Positions 10,204 to 25,754 of a stretch of 64,000 nt of DNA are shown here, in pieces; within the stretch, counting starts at the first letter, position 1, and every line of letters begins with the position of its first letter. This DNA is from Seison nebaliae (lineage: Eukaryota): positions 1 to 64,000 of the forward strand of contig JALJEE010002622.1 of the NCBI GenBank assembly GCA_023231475.1. The letters run 5' to 3'. The position numbers were made by a program, and so were the translations under genes. The notes under the pieces are model-generated. The model worked only from the letters and a program-made list of their open reading frames with translations, searched no databases and had not been told where the DNA came from.

Positions 10204-13200
10204 TCTCCTAATTAGAAATGAAATAAATTTCTTATGATAATATCGAAATATTTTTATTTGTTCAATGGGAACGACTCTTAATTGTTCGGTGTAGATGGAA
10301 AGTTAAGTGATTTGCGATTGAGAAATAAACTACATAAAAAGAATGTTGGTTAAGAGAAACTCGTTACTAACATGATGATTAACATGTTTCTAATAGATTG
10401 ATCATTCTTTATTAGAGTTTTTGGTCGCGTTGAAATATTTTGTCATTTATCCATTTATCCGATTTTCACCTTTTCGTTTATTTAGTTAAGTTTCGTCGTT
10501 ATTGTAATTGTAAAAAAAATATCATTCTCTAATCAATCTTTCTTCATTTAACATAACAATATCAATGAAGTGATGTTCGGTTGTGTTGAATGGAAAAGAT
10601 ATCTTCTTTTTTTCTATCCTTCTTTTCAAATCTCAATTCTTAGAGATCTCACCACTTCCGTGGTTCTCATCATTTCTTAGTTGTTGTTCACAATTATTGT
10701 CAAAATTTCTTCCCGCCCAAATTCATTTAAACTTCTCACGCAAATTTCCGTTTTTTATGATAATTGGAGAACTCATCATTGTGGTCGTTACCATAATTAA
10801 ATTTAGTTCCCGTTCAATGATTTGAACTGGATGCAAATTAATTCAATTTCAACCTTCGTTTCGTCAGTTCAAACAAAATAACGACAAATTATCGATTTTG
10901 ATGGAAATTTTCCGTACTCCCAAATGGGAAGTGACTAATGGGAATAATATTGAATTCTAATAAAATTCCATGATGATAAGATTAGATAATTCTATTTCCT
11001 CCATTCAATGCATGTTTATTCACCAAACTGACTCACTTTCACAAACCGTTTACAACGGAATTTTTCCTTTATTGAAAAGTTGTCAAAATTATTGTTCTTT
11101 TTGTGTCACTCTCTCTCTCTCTCTCTTTTGGTGTGTGTGTGTTTGAATTGAATTTGAAGGAAAATGAATTTTATGATTAATTAATTAAAATTCATTTTGT
11201 TGTTACAGTGAACTATTCCACAATATATATCGAATGTCATTTTTGACTCACCTTCAGACCAAATGACAAATATCAACAACATTTCATCCTCCAATTTTTC
11301 TTTTTGGACGTTTTTTTGTTGAAACGTAAAAATCAATTTAAATCGACATCATTGAACATTTGCATCGAAACGTCATTAGTTTTATCCTCGTTCACATGAC
11401 ATCGTAACGTAATATTTCTTTTTCACACTCTTCCACACTTTCCCTTCCCAATTTCGATCTTTTTAAGAACATTCTATTTCTTCGATTATTCTCTTTAAAA
11501 ACAATTTTTTTTTAAAATATTTTCTCTCTCATCAATTGTGAGTGCATGAAACGTTTGTGATAATGAAAATCTTTTCGAGAATATCAAATTCTTCATTAAT
11601 CATCCCAAATATGTATTAAGTTCGCGTAATTTCAAATCGTCAACTTTTTTTTCTTTCAATCAAATAAACTTAACTTACTGATCGATGTTAGCAATCTGAT
11701 CGAACATCGAAATCTCAACAAACATTTTTAATACTTCTCTTTCTCACGACGAATCGGTTAAGGAAACATCATATAATCATCATACGTATGATTTGAGAGA
11801 ATTGTGTTTTGCAACAGGTTTTCTTCTGGATCATTCTAACAATTGTAAGTTGCCAATTTCAAATTTGCGAAAAAATATTCTAAGAATTTCATTCAAATTT
11901 CACTTTCACAATTTTTAGAATTATAAAGATAGTTTCGATTTTAAAAATGGAAATTAAATAAATAATTCTGATTCAAAACATAATCAGTTTCTTTCTGAAA
12001 ATGGTAATTGTGTTCGAATGTGTATTGAGAGATTGTAGAGGAATCAAATCAGAAAACGGCAAATTTTATGATCGACCGTATCACCATAAGGTGGTAACGG
12101 TGATGAGAGAATGGAAATGGCAAGAGACGGAAAGATGAAGTGGAAAAGTGAAGTGAGATATCTGAAGACAGTACGTCAGTGATGAAGTTGGAAGACAATT
12201 GAAGAGAATGATTTGATGGTGTTTTTGGGTCGAAGTTGTGTTAAAATAAACTGGATGTGATGAAGAAGATAATTCTCCAACAATATAATATCGACATTCT
12301 CGTTTGTTTGACAATTAGCAAGTTAGAAGAAAGGAGAATGTATCAAATAGATATTGATTGAATGTTAAGATTAGTGAAAATGAAGACGTTTTCGAGACAC
12401 GATATGATGAAGATCGAAATTAATTCGTTCTTGGTGGACGAGATGTAAATTTTATTGAATGGATGATCGAAGGAACGTTGATATATTGATATAAATGGTT
12501 CGAGAGTCGATCCTCTCACTGTTAATTTATTTGAAAGAATGACGATTGGTAATGATGGATAATTTAAGTATCTATAAAACGAGGACTCTTACATCGTTTT
12601 ATGTTGTTCATCAAACGAGAATTTATTAGCCGTTATTTCTTTCCTAATTGCAATTACTTCTATTCTTCGACTAGTACATGAAAATGTGCCAGATAATTCG
12701 TTTACCATTTCTCTTACCATTGTTCTCTTTCGTTATTAATCTTTTATATGAGTTATCGATCATGATTACTTACGTCGATCGGTAACTAATGTATGATAAT
12801 GTTTCAAACGAAAATAAATAAATAAATATTCGAATTCATTTCTTGTCTTGTCCATATCTCCCCCACTGGATTATATCGTCGCCACATGATCATGATCGGT
12901 TGAAAATATGAATAATCATTAACTGACAACACTAACCAATCGTGGTCAATCTCCATACGATGATTTGCGAAAGAATCGGTCACGCAAATTCTCAACAAAC
13001 ATTTCACTCAAACCATTCTCAAACGCACTTCACTCATATCTTCAACTTCTACTAGTAATTTATTACCTCACAATTTATTATGTTCATTGATAGCATCATA
13101 AGAATGATAACCATATAAATTTAATGATGTCGACATCAGCAATGACACTATCATTCAAATATCGTTTCAAATGGGAAAACATTTAAGACAAACATTCCTT

Positions 13201-16200
13201 TCTCTATTGCTCCACTACTATCATCAAACCGTAAGGAGAAAATACGCCGTTTCATAGAGTCGTTGAGAAATTTTAAATTGATAACCTGATATCTGCTCTC
13301 CACAAACTGATGGCGTCATTCCAATCAGTTTGGTTTATGGACACCCAACTTTAGTCACTAGTGTTCGAATTACGCTTAAAACTTACAAGAATTGTATATG
13401 ATTAGTGAATTTGGTGAATTTGTCAAGAAGAGATTGAAAGGAAATTGTCTTTCTTTCATTCATTCACTCACTCACTCACTCAAACATCAATTCACAGGTA
13501 TGGTGTGTGTAGAATAACTTCTTCTCATCTTCACCCAAAGAAACATATTCAATTCGAAGTTATTCAGTTGACTTCTCATAATAATAATTTGTCTTCCTCC
13601 CTTTTTCCTCCACTTTCTTTACAATTATCATCAACTTTACTTCTTCTTTCACTTTCACTTTTTTTATGTTCGTGTAAAGTAATCTTGTATAATATATTCA
13701 ATTCAGTTCTCTCCTTTTATTCTAACGGTTGAAGAAGAATTTGAAAGAAATTGACTTCTGTCAAATTTTTCTTTTTCTCCAAATATCAACTACCTTCCCA
13801 GTTCATATCGAGGACCTTCTAATTTTTTTATGGTCCTAAACAACTCGCCAAAACATTTCCGAACTAGTCAACGGATTACAATGATGTTTAACCTTTCCTC
13901 ATCGAAACATTGTGCGAGAAACTCTCCTAACATTGTGTAAATTAAAAGAAGAAATTATTATGTAACTTTATATTAATCCGATATAATCTCGTTTGTAAAG
14001 AATCCAACTTAATAAACGGATGACGATTCTTGTTAGAGATATTTGTTTGGACAAGTGACAATCATCATCATAATGATAACCGTTCGTCGTTGGAAGAATA
14101 GATGACGATCTAATTCATACGACTATTCGAAAGAAAGAAAATACCGTCAGATTATTTGTAGAAATCGAAGAAAAAACGGAAAGGAAATTCACTAGTCAAA
14201 GTTGTCCATAACGTCTAATTATCATCAATGGGCAGGAGAAAAGATTGTCGAGAATTGGTCCAATTCTCTTCTTACGTGCACAGGTGGCCCATTGTCGTTA
14301 AAATCGACCTTCATTATCATATTGCCTCCCAAATGACAGTCAAACGATTATCATTCTTGCAGTTCTGATTCTTCATCTTTTTTAGTTTTCTTTCCTCGTT
14401 CCATTTCCCATAAAACTTCTCATGTTTTTCTTCTATTCTTCTATAATTATTATAAAGGTAAACACGAAACTAATAATCATTTTTCTTCTTCTAATTTTGA
14501 ATTTTTTAAACATTTTCACTTCTTCCATTTATTTGTCAATTTTCAGAAGAAATTTAATAATTCCAGAATAAGAGATTCCCAATCGAAATTCTATGAAGTA
14601 TTTTAATTCGGTTAATGTTATTCGTTTACGAGAATCGAGAGATGAATAAAAGAATTTTGTTATGTTACCATCAGATGGTTCTGGAAATAATGGAATTCCA
14701 TTGAGTCTGATAACTTTGAAGTCGATTTCATAAGAAGAATAGACGACTTATTGAGTAGTTTCAATGGTTATAAGTTCAGCCGAGTTTTTTTAGGTTTCCA
14801 CAATAATTGTCGAAGAAAGAACAAAGTTGCTAATGAACATGATTCCTGATTGTTATTTATCGGGAGGAGAGAGTAGCAACATAAACGTTTTATGAACTAC
14901 CATCGACGGGAGGAATGAGACGTGTGAAAATGAGAGGAATAGAGATCATTATTCAACGATTTGACTGGTGGCTGATCGAAGTGACGGAAATGAAGATAAA
15001 AATGTAAAATGATTTTTTTCCTCATTTGGATAGAATCATTAAAATTCCTTCAGGATCAACTGGAATCTGTGTGGAATACGTTAAATTTTTCCTTTTCTTC
15101 TTCTTCTTCTTCGCCACGGAAGAAATGCTGAAGGAATTGCTCGTCATCAACGATCAATAATTCACGAGAAATTGGCCATTCGGAGAATTTTCAATTTTAA
15201 CTTTCTTATTTACATTTGCTTGCGGGAGAAGAAGTCTGATAAGAAGCATGATGTGGCTAACGAGGATGATAGTCGATAAGATTCAACAGTTCATTTCGTT
15301 CCGCGATGTATATTTAACAGAAAGGAGAATTTTCTTTCGTCAATTTTCAAATGTGAAATCGAAGTAGATTTTTCTCTGTCTCGTCCACTTCGAGAAGTGG
15401 TTCGTACGTATGTCTTTCTTCTCATTAACTTCCATTTTGTAAACATGGGGACTAAGTAGGATTGGAGAATGTATGTCGGTTGTATGTAGTGAATTGGAGG
15501 GTGAGCCACCTGCCATCATCATCACCGTCATCATCATCATGATGATGATCAGAAGGAGAGTGGGATTCAGGTCAAAAATTGTATATTACTGAATCGACTT
15601 TTGTAATGAAGTTGAAAGATTTGGCAATTCGTCATTTTTTTGGAAACGGAACATCACTGTTGTGGATGGGAAAGATGTTTCATTTAAATTTCTCGTTTTC
15701 CTGATAATCAAACGACAAGAATAAGAGAATTTTTCAAAAAAATTAATTTGACTTGACGTCTAATAATCATAATGTCTAATTGTTTAAGATGGAACGGAGA
15801 ATAATTTTTAAAATATTTAAAAGTCAACAATTAATAATATCGTAATGAATTCCAGTTATAAAGTGATTTGTTACCAATTCCATCGTACAAGAACATTTGA
15901 TGAAAGGAGATTTTCGATTTAGACGATTTGCTATGAAATAAAGTTTCAATATACAGAAGTGTTTTCCTTAGGAAGTGAGATAGAGAAAAATTAAATCAAA
16001 CAAATAGGAGCCGTAAGCTTTCCCTCTCTCGCCCAGAGGCGATTCTTTCGACTTCTCGTGGAATGAATGAACGAACTCCTTCATATTTCGAGATAGGAAT
16101 TTCTTACCCTTTCTCCGTCTTCCCACCTGTCATCTTTATCATCATCAGTAATCTCGAATGAATATTGAGAAATTGTTTTGGTTGAGAACGTGAAGTGACA

Positions 16201-17547
16201 AGTTAACTATAAGTAGGAGATTCGTCCTATACGTACAATAGAAAATCTCGAAAAAATTCATTTTCTTATTAATTGTTGTTATTGTTCTTATTCGTCACAA
16301 TATAGTATTCCCAATAAATGATTTTAATATTTTAATGATGACTACGTGTATGATTTCTCTCATTCCTCATCCCAATACACCGCAATTTCGCATGGAGGTA
16401 CGCACGTTCATATGAAATCGGTGGCATGAACGGTAGAGTTGATGACGATTCAAATTTGTTGGCATCATCACCCGATTGTGCGATCGGGGCGATTAGTGTG
16501 TTCGAAGATGAGGCCGAATTGTAGAAAGTGAACGGTTACCATGACGACGGTCGAAGCTTCTGTTGAAAATTGGGACTTATATCGTCATACTTTTTCATAA
16601 TTTAATCAAATTCTCTGCATAATCTTTGGCAGAATTTTGGGGAGTGGGCAGTTCGTAGACATTATGTGCAAAAAGGGAAATTCGAACGTTTAGAGTCGTC
16701 ATTAACATAGTCAATTAGTTAGTTAGTTCGTGTTTTGGGTAATGACTAGAATGAGTTGCGAGTAAAGAAAGTTTTATAAACTCACTAATCTCATCGATGG
16801 ACGAAAGAAGAAGGAGGAGGAGAGGAATAGAGAAGGTGGACTGCCATCGGTAGTAGTGGGCGGAGGAAGATAATAGTAATTCTTTAGTCAAGTCTGCGTG
16901 TCATTGTTCGTGTTTGTGTGAGGGGGGATATAGGTATTCTGTTGTGACAATCCAGAAAATAGTAGGAAGGAGGAGGAAAATGAATGAGTGAGTGAATGAG
17001 TGAATGAATGAATTGATAGACGGACGAACGGAAAGGAGGATGAAGAAGAAGAAGAAGAAGAAGAAGAAGGGAATTATGAAGTTTCTAATAAATTATTTCT
17101 CGAAAACTCGTTATTTGTTATCTTTCCTCCCGATCGTTTCCTTCTTGGGGAGGGGGGTTTGGGAAAAGAATCAAAAACTCTTTCAACTCATGAGAATATT
17201 CTCATTAATATATGAAGAAAGTGAGGGGGGCAGGTAAATAAAAGGTAGTGTGTTTGAATCCTTCGAAATTCTCGAAAAAAAAATTCTTCTTCTTTTTTAC
17301 TTCACCTCTCTCTCTCTCTCTCTCTCTTTGTTTATTATTAGTAAATCTGTTTATCTTTCTCTCCTTCCATTGCCAATAATATATGCGCGTCTCTATATTT
17401 ATTAATTTTATATGATTATTGTTGTTGTTGTTGGTGGTGGTGAGTGAAAGGGAAAGAATAATTAATAATTTATATATACTTTTTTTGTCAGAGTGAATTG
17501 TTCGAATTCGAGTGAAAGAAAGCGCCATCTCTCCTTAACTAGTGTGA

Positions 17548-20500
17548 ATGGAGCGCTTTGTGAACGCCGTTAGTCAAGAGGCGACCGTACCGCCCAAATC
17601 ATATGTTCGAGGTCTGTGTTCGCTATTCGATACGGTGGTGCACAATCATCGTCTCCATCAACAACACCATCATCATCAGACTCATTATGGCGCAGCACAA
17701 TTGAACAATACGATAAGTAATCACGAAAATCTTAATAGCAACAACAACAACAACAACAACAACAACACAAACAGTTATCATCAAGAGAATCATTCGATGG
17801 AGGTTGTTGATCGGATGATTGGCAGTGCGTATGAATCCCAACAACATTGTGAGAATTCGCCCGACAATCTTCATAATTCGACGTCTCATTTGAACGAAAC
17901 GAATGAAGTGGAAAGAAACAATCGATCTAGAGAGAATGGTGATGGTTTAAAGAAGAGTTATTCGACTGAGAATAACATTTCGAATGATTATCCCATTATC
18001 GGACTGAACATCAATCTGCTCAATCGTGATAATGAGAAACGTCGGAAGTTATCCATCGACGACGACGATGATGATGATGATGATGATGATAATGATGATA
18101 ATGATGATAATGATAGTGAGAATTGTGAGGAGAGGAGAATCGAATCAAATCGAATGATGGACAGTAGAGAAGAAGATGAATCGATTTATGAATCAAATCG
18201 ACATAACAACAAATTAGTCGATACCAGCGAAATGGATGTAGAAACTTATTCCGATTTACCAAAACTGAACGAATCGAATGAAATTGAAACTAACAACAAC
18301 AACAACAATAATAATAATAATAAATTAATAACAGATAATTCAAATGTTGATAATGTTCAAATTATTAATGAATTAATTCAACAACAAGAACAACAACAGC
18401 ATTCGACATTACCATCGACAATATCGTCGGGATCGGAAAAGAAACGGAAACATCGTCGAAAGAAGGAGAATCATGTGACGAGATTTCTCTTCGCCAAAGA
18501 GATGTTCGCTCGTCTGGAAAAGGAAAGAGAATTGACGAGTATAAATCGATCGAGTAGGAAGTTGACGAAAGACAATTATCCTTCTATCAATTCACTCAAT
18601 ACGAATTATGGACCGATATATCGGTCAGCAGAACGGTTGAATAACGACCAACGTCGATCATCCGCCTATCCTTCCACAACCAACGACGACGGTTCCTTAT
18701 CAGGTAATGTCGAACAAATCAACATTAATAACGATCATGTCACAATGACGTGGACGGAAGATAAGAATGATCGATTGAATAATCATTTGAAAATGAGGAG
18801 CAGTTCAGCGAATGTTGATTATCGAAAGAGTTCGACAAAGAACAATGAAACGAACTCTAATCGATTACCCAATAATATTCTTCCAAATTTCATTTCTACA
18901 AATAATACCATCACTACCACCACCACCATCACCACCGTCATCCCCTCAACAATAACGACAACAACAATAACGGATGAGAGTGACTCGAATAATCCATCGA
19001 ATACGGTGAAAGTGGACGACGTTCGTCCCTCCATCGATTTCAATGATCTTTATCGGAAATTTGAAAAAAAAATTTCAAAAAAAAAAATTGATGAAAAATC
19101 ATCAAATTTATCGACCGATATTAAACCATTATCTAATGCTATTGTTACTACTACTACCATTACCACTACTACTACTACTACTACCAGCACATCAATGATG
19201 AATATGATGATGAGAACGAGCGAAACATTTCCAAATAGTCTCACATCCGATAATCGAGCGATGGGAAATTCTCATTATTTCCGATCGAACGACTCCTCTC
19301 AATTTCCCTCATCAACCGGTATCGATTCGGGAAATGTAACATCGTCCTCCTCTAATACGAAACGATCAACTCAACCTACCGAATCCATTCGGGAGAGTAG
19401 CAATGGTAGTATGGATAATGTAATGGAGAAGATGAATGAATTACGATCTGGTAGTGTGTCGATATCGACGACGGAAGGAACGAGAAAAACATTGATCCAA
19501 AGTGAAGATGTAAGTAATTTCGAAAATAATTATAATGAGACATTCGTTGAGAATCAATCGATAATTCCTCGCGAATTGGACGATTCGAATGGCGGTGTCG
19601 ACAAAGGTAAATACATTCTACATAATCAACAATATTTCGAATTTAGTAAAACGAGACAAGACGTCAACAAACAAGAAGATTCTTCTCATACAAAAGATTC
19701 CGTTCAATATATTTCATCTCGTCCCATCACCAATGATCCAATCCATCTCACCAAAACTAACAACAACAACAAGGAAAATTTAGTAAATAATGTAATTTCA
19801 TCGATCGAAGAAGATAATCGAGATGAGAAGAGTATCGATTTCCCTCAAGAGATCTCATCATTCTCTTTCACTTCCACAACAAATCTCCCGAAAAAAAACA
19901 ACGACAACAACGAGAAAGAAAAACCATCAAACGGAAAAGAAGATGATGAGAAAGAGCGGAAGAAAACGGAAGAAGAAATTATAATTAAAGATAATTTATT
20001 AAGAAATTGTCAATTATCGGATAAAGAGAATGATGATGAAGAAAAAATAGAAATGATGAAAAGAAAATTTTTGAATGATGAAAAAATCGAAGGAAATCGA
20101 ATTCATTTAACATCTGATGACGAAGGAGAAGAAGAGGAAGAAGAAGACGAAGAAAATGAAGATGAATTAGATGAGCTGAATGAGAATGATGACGAGATAG
20201 TTCCGGAGGAGATGGACGGTTTTCAAATTGTCGATGACGAAGGAAATTTCCGTTATCTGATTTCTGGTCTACCACTCTTCACCGACGAGGTGTGTAAGAA
20301 TAACGTGATTGAAATGAAAGATGATGATGTGGAGGAGAATGAGAAGAGACGAAAAGTAAAGTTTTCGGCTAATCCGATTGTCGTCCATTCGACATATTCG
20401 GCGAACGAGTTAGATCGGAGAAATTATACGGTCGATCCAATTTCCGCTTCGGCTGAATATGAATTAGAGAAGAGGATTGATCGAATGCACATCTTCTATG

Positions 20501-21551
20501 TGACATTAGAGAAGTTTGACGATACATTACCATTCAACATAATCGGATTGGGTGTCGGTGCCGATAGTGGAATTGAGAAATTGGGAATGTTCATCAAAAC
20601 TATCAACGATAATTTGATCGGTGAAGCGGTGGAAGAATTGAATGTTTATGATCAATTAATTGAAGTGAACGGTATATCGTTAGTGGGTGTATCGGTACGT
20701 TACGCTGCTACCACATTGAGACAAACGGGACGGATTATCCATTTGTTGATTGGTCGCGAGAAGAATCTTTACACGTCAGAAATCGCTCGATTAATATCTA
20801 AATCGTTACAAGATGATAATTTATATGCTCCACCATTAATCAATTCGGTTGACGGTTTGGAGAAGAATGATCCCCATATCATTCCATCAACATTGACATC
20901 GAAGATCTGGGAGAAGATAGGGGGATGTTCTCGCGATGAAATTATCGATAATTATCGACGACTTTGTACCATCTTGTCAAATTCAATCGATAATAGAAAT
21001 AGTAATAATAATAGTAATAGTAGTAGTAGGAAGAAGAATTCGATAGAGAGAGAAGAGAAGAAAACATTTGAAATAAAATCCTCTCAGACTGATATCGGTC
21101 TCGCTTATTTCATGAATGTTGACGAGAGAATTGAAGATATGAATACGGAAATTAAATTCAATGACGAATTAGTGACTAATTTAAAAAAGGAGATAAATGA
21201 ATTGAATAAAAATCAAATGGAACTCCATTCACAGAATGAGCAATTGAAAAAAGAGATGGAGATGTTGAAGAAAAAGTTGAATGAGAAAGAAATAGAATTA
21301 AATGTCGAACGATCCTCCCTCAACACTCAACTCCAACAAATAAAAGAGGAACAACATAATAAATGGAATGTGAAGGAACGTCGATACGAAGAGAATATCG
21401 ATCAACTCAAATCCACCATTCAACAACAACAACAAATACTTATCGAACAACAACATAAATATCAGAAGTTAAAGAAAACTTTTCGCACTTACCAACAACA
21501 AAAACATCGAACTTCACTCAACGATCAACAACAATTACAACAACAACAATC

Positions 21552-21587
<36 letters not shown>

Positions 21588-24002
21588 TTCATTGTCGAAT
21601 CGAACATCTGCACCAATCATAACCAATGAGATGAATAATGAAGTGAAAGTTGTGAGCGATATGGTTTGTTGAGATAGTTTTCTTTATTAAAACTTCTTTG
21701 TCAAATATAGTTTCTTCTTCTTTCCTTTCTAATGACTTATCTCTTCCTAATTATCTTATATAATCGAATAGAAATGAAAATCATTTTTCATTAACGGAAT
21801 CATTGGAAATTGGTCTCGTGTAACTCTCCTCGTTCTCTCGTCCTCATTCTCATATTCTCATTTCTCCATTGAACAAAACTTTGAATTATTTTCTTTTTTC
21901 TATTTATAAATAATTAAAAAAATCTTTCCCGATTAAATTAGTCGAATTGTGCAGAAGATAAAACTATATTATAAAATTTAAACTTTTAAATTATTTTTAA
22001 ATTTTCCATTCTCCAAACATCGATTCCATACTCTCGATTCATTATAATTCCATTTCCAGATTTTCATTTTCTTTTTTTAGTTTTATTCCGCTCAACCTCT
22101 TCTTCGATTTGCTCGAATTGATTAAATTTGATGTTTCATTCAATTAATTTTATTTTTTTATTTCCATCACCATTATTCAGTCTCACCATCATCATCATCA
22201 TCATCATCCTAATACGAACCATAACAACGATTCTATCGACTCCACTGAAACGTTGAATCGAAAAGCGAAACAGATTGTCAATAATTCCCATCATGAAATT
22301 CCTGATCGACGACAATCGAAATCGAATGTTCTTCCCAATAATAATAATAATAATATCGATAATCAACAAACAAACAACAACAATAACAACAACAACAACA
22401 ATCAGAAAGTGTCGGTGAATAAAGAACGAGAGAAATTGAATCAAGAATTAGAAAGAGTTCTCAAAATGAAAATAAATCGAACAAATGATCATGATTGTCA
22501 AACCATCCACAAATCATCGATTCATGACGTTAATATTTGTAATCGTTCATCGAATGGCAAATATGAAATAAAACGAATTCCCATCAAAGACGAAATGGAA
22601 GAGAGGAAAGAGAATGTTTATCTTAAATTGTCTCAATTGGAATCGGCTGATACTAACGACAAATCGACAACTCCCTCTTTTCCCGATGAGGAGAATCAAT
22701 CGTCACCCAATCACAATCCACCATCAAATCGGAATGATACCGTCAAAAGTGATTACGACATTTTCGGCGAACGATCTCAAGCGCTATTGAATTCGCAGGC
22801 GTCTTATGGTCGAACGGCCATCGCTCCAAAGAAACAACGTCGGACAGTTTCCTCCGCTTTGTTCGATGAACCGTCGAACGATTGTTTCACTACTTATCAT
22901 TCGTCTCTTCTCCCTCAACATAAGACGAAACGGGAATCGAATAACGAGAAATTGGAAGAAGAAAATTCTCATCATTTAATAGAAGAGAATCTGTTGGAAG
23001 TACAACAGAAAATCGAGGTAGACAAACGATCCGTTATCGAAGATTTCAACCATCAAATTTTCAATGAAACTGAGAACACAACGAAACTGTCAAATAACGA
23101 ACCGATTTTTCCTATTGCTGCTCCAAATTCAAATTGTCCCGAAAAATCGTTAAATACATCGATCAACAGCGAACCGAAGAAAGTGAAAGAAAACGGAAGT
23201 TTTTCCATTAATTAATTATTTAAATATTATTTATTTATTTATTTCAAATTAATTTTTCAAGTCGATAAGAAAGGTTTGGAAGATATCGATGTAGATAGAA
23301 TTCGAAAGATCATTTTGAAGGATTTGGAGAATTCGCCCACCGACACAACTCACCCGAGAACTGCCCCACATACGTGGACAGTTCGGGAAGTAGCCGATTG
23401 GCTCAGAATTATCGGGCTCGTTCATTATTCCGAATTATTCATCACACAATCCGTTGACGGGAAGACATTGATTAATGCCAATAGTCATAAACTCAAAGTT
23501 TGAACGGAATTCATTTCCATCAATTCAAACCATTTATTTGTAGGATTTGGGCGTGATGAATCAATGTGAACGATCAACAATTCGTCGATCGTTAAAAGAG
23601 TTAAAAAAGAGATTAAATGAACAACCTCACAAACAAAAACAACAACAACAACAACAACACAACGATTACCATTCAAACGGTAAATTGCCAACGCCATTGA
23701 TGAAACATCATTCGTCGACATCGGCTGATTCAGATAAACCGATTCCATTAGATAAGATGAAAAATCGGAAGAAATTGAAATATGATGATCTCATACCGAA
23801 ACGGTTCAATACTTCACACCAAGTAAATAACAACAACAACAACAATCACAACGGTTACGAAGAAAGAAATCGATCGTCACTTCCATCGACCAGACACATC
23901 TCCTCACACCGAACAACGACGACGACAACTGATACGTTCGGAGAACACAATTTCCCCACATCTAAACTCGACAACGTCCGAATGTTTTTTTTGAAAAAAT
24001 GA
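17548..24002 (+). CDS. PPP1R9A: Neurabin/spinophilin family protein (PP1-binding, PDZ, coiled coil, SAM)
   Basis: RRKVKFS RVxF motif followed by STYSANELDRRN...DPISASAEYELEKR; PDZ IIGLGVGADSGIEKLGMFIKT; long coiled coil; SAM WTVREVADWL...DGKTL...KLK|DLGV. Exons 17548-21663, 22181-23198, 23262-23497, 23544-24002, phase-consistent. Symbol indicates the family (SAM-bearing, neurabin-1-like), not strict orthology. Confidence 0.9.
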
Positions 24003-24818
24003 TTGAACTAAAATTGTTGGGGGGATTGGGGGAAGAGAATTTGGAGTTGGATTGGAAGAAATTGGAGAATTTCAGAGAAATATATTTCCAATTCATCCCA
24101 GTGAGAAGAAACTTAAAATTATTTCTAGAAAATTATTTCCCACCAATTCTCATTCGTCTTTAAATAGTTTTCATTCAGACAATCATTTCTCTTTTTCTTT
24201 GAGATGTCTCCCGAAACTCCTTTCACTTCTCCATCCTTCACAATTTAGTGACTTTTCTCCTTTAGATTCATCCACCGTCTCCTCACTCATTAACTAACTG
24301 AACTGCGACATATTCATATATTTTTTTTAATTTTGTTATATATTGAAGAAAGTCTGGGATATCAGAAACATATTATGAATGTGCGACACATATTATTAAT
24401 CCATTTTTATTCATGTTCTTGTTAATTTATTTATTTTGAATCATTCTCCCAATAAAAATTGATAAATTCCTCCACTAAACTCTTCAGGAAATTGGAGGAA
24501 CTCACTAATTTCACTTCTTCCCAACTGAATGACAATTCAGACAATTCTCAACCTAAACGGACAAAAATAATCTCAGATGATCTGATTGAATTATCTAGAG
24601 TTCTAAATATAGTTGATAAAACGTTAATTGTAACTTCGAATCAACTTTATTAGAATAATTTTTATCTTTTTGAAATATTTTACTTATAACTCACAATGTT
24701 TAACGGTAGAGGAACTATTAACCTGACAGCATGATCGATATCAATGTTATTCTTTCAACAATAGTTTCAACATGACAGTGCACAATGTTACGATTGAAAT
24801 TTTTACAAAAATGTATAC

Positions 24819-24891
24819 CATCCCTGGTGGGATTCGAACCCACGGCCTTTGGATTAGAAGTCCAACGCGCTATCCACTGCGCTACAGGGAC
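24819..24891 (-). tRNA. tRNA-Arg (TCT), identical to the copy at 6108-6180
   Basis: Exact reverse complement of 6108-6180; flanks differ. Confidence 0.97.
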
Positions 24892-25754
24892 ATATATCAA
24901 CTTCAATTAATTTGATTATACTGTATCGTAAATTAATAGATAAATATAAAAATGTAAAAATCGAATTTTTGATTCACTGCACAGATTTGTCATTTCTGAT
25001 GGTGGATCTGCATCGCTCGAGATTCCATTACGTTGGCAAAGATCGAAATTTTTAAAATATATTTTATTTTCTATTCGGTTTATTTCGAGACCATCCGATG
25101 ATTATCAACAGTTAATGTTTCCATATTATTTTAATAATCGTATCATAAATAACATAATAATTACATCGGATTATATCAGTTCTTAAATGGAAACACCTTA
25201 TACGATTATTAGATCGTTTGGTGTGTCCATCCTAATTCTGTGTCCATTTTGGTCATGAGTCTTTTCGTTTCTTCCCACTCTTTTCTATCTCTTTAGTTTC
25301 CGCTAAATATCAACTTTCCGACTTTAATTTTTTTTAAAAAATTAATATTAATAAATTAAATTTCTTTTTTATATTTTGTCGTCTATGAGAATTTTCCACC
25401 ATTCTTTATTAATATTAATAAACACTAATAATAATGAGTCGCTTTATTGTTATTTAAATAATAAACTATTAAAATTGAATAATTATCATAATTACTAGTG
25501 TTTCTCATCTCGTTATAACGGAATAATTACCAAATTATTCTCCATTTCAAATGAGGAAGAATTTAGTTGAATTTAATTTATGGATAACTTCTGATTAATT
25601 ACATACCAAAGATAATAAGATATAAATTAATTTTAAATTTATTTGTAATTGGTTGAGAAGAATAAATTGATTAGAAGATATAAATAAATAAAAATAAAAC
25701 ATAAGAGAATTATTATGGTACTCTCATTGCCATCGAATAATTATCATCAACATC

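Noticed and set aside
16621..16665. Faint resemblance to the 5' end of U4 snRNA
   Set aside because: Similarity is gapped and does not continue; no 3' stem-loops or Sm site in the expected place.
10300..17500. Short ORFs and isolated GTGAGT donors upstream of neurabin
   Set aside because: No coherent multi-exon frame or homology found; treated as intergenic or UTR, though unrecognised exons cannot be excluded.
17623..20275. Antisense ORFs rich in V/M/H within neurabin (likewise within 32134-32756, 37830-40937 and 48410-50990)
   Set aside because: Shadow frames of trinucleotide-repeat coding sequence on the opposite strand or frame.
24718..24906. 62-aa ORF
   Set aside because: Overlaps and merely translates the tRNA-Arg gene.
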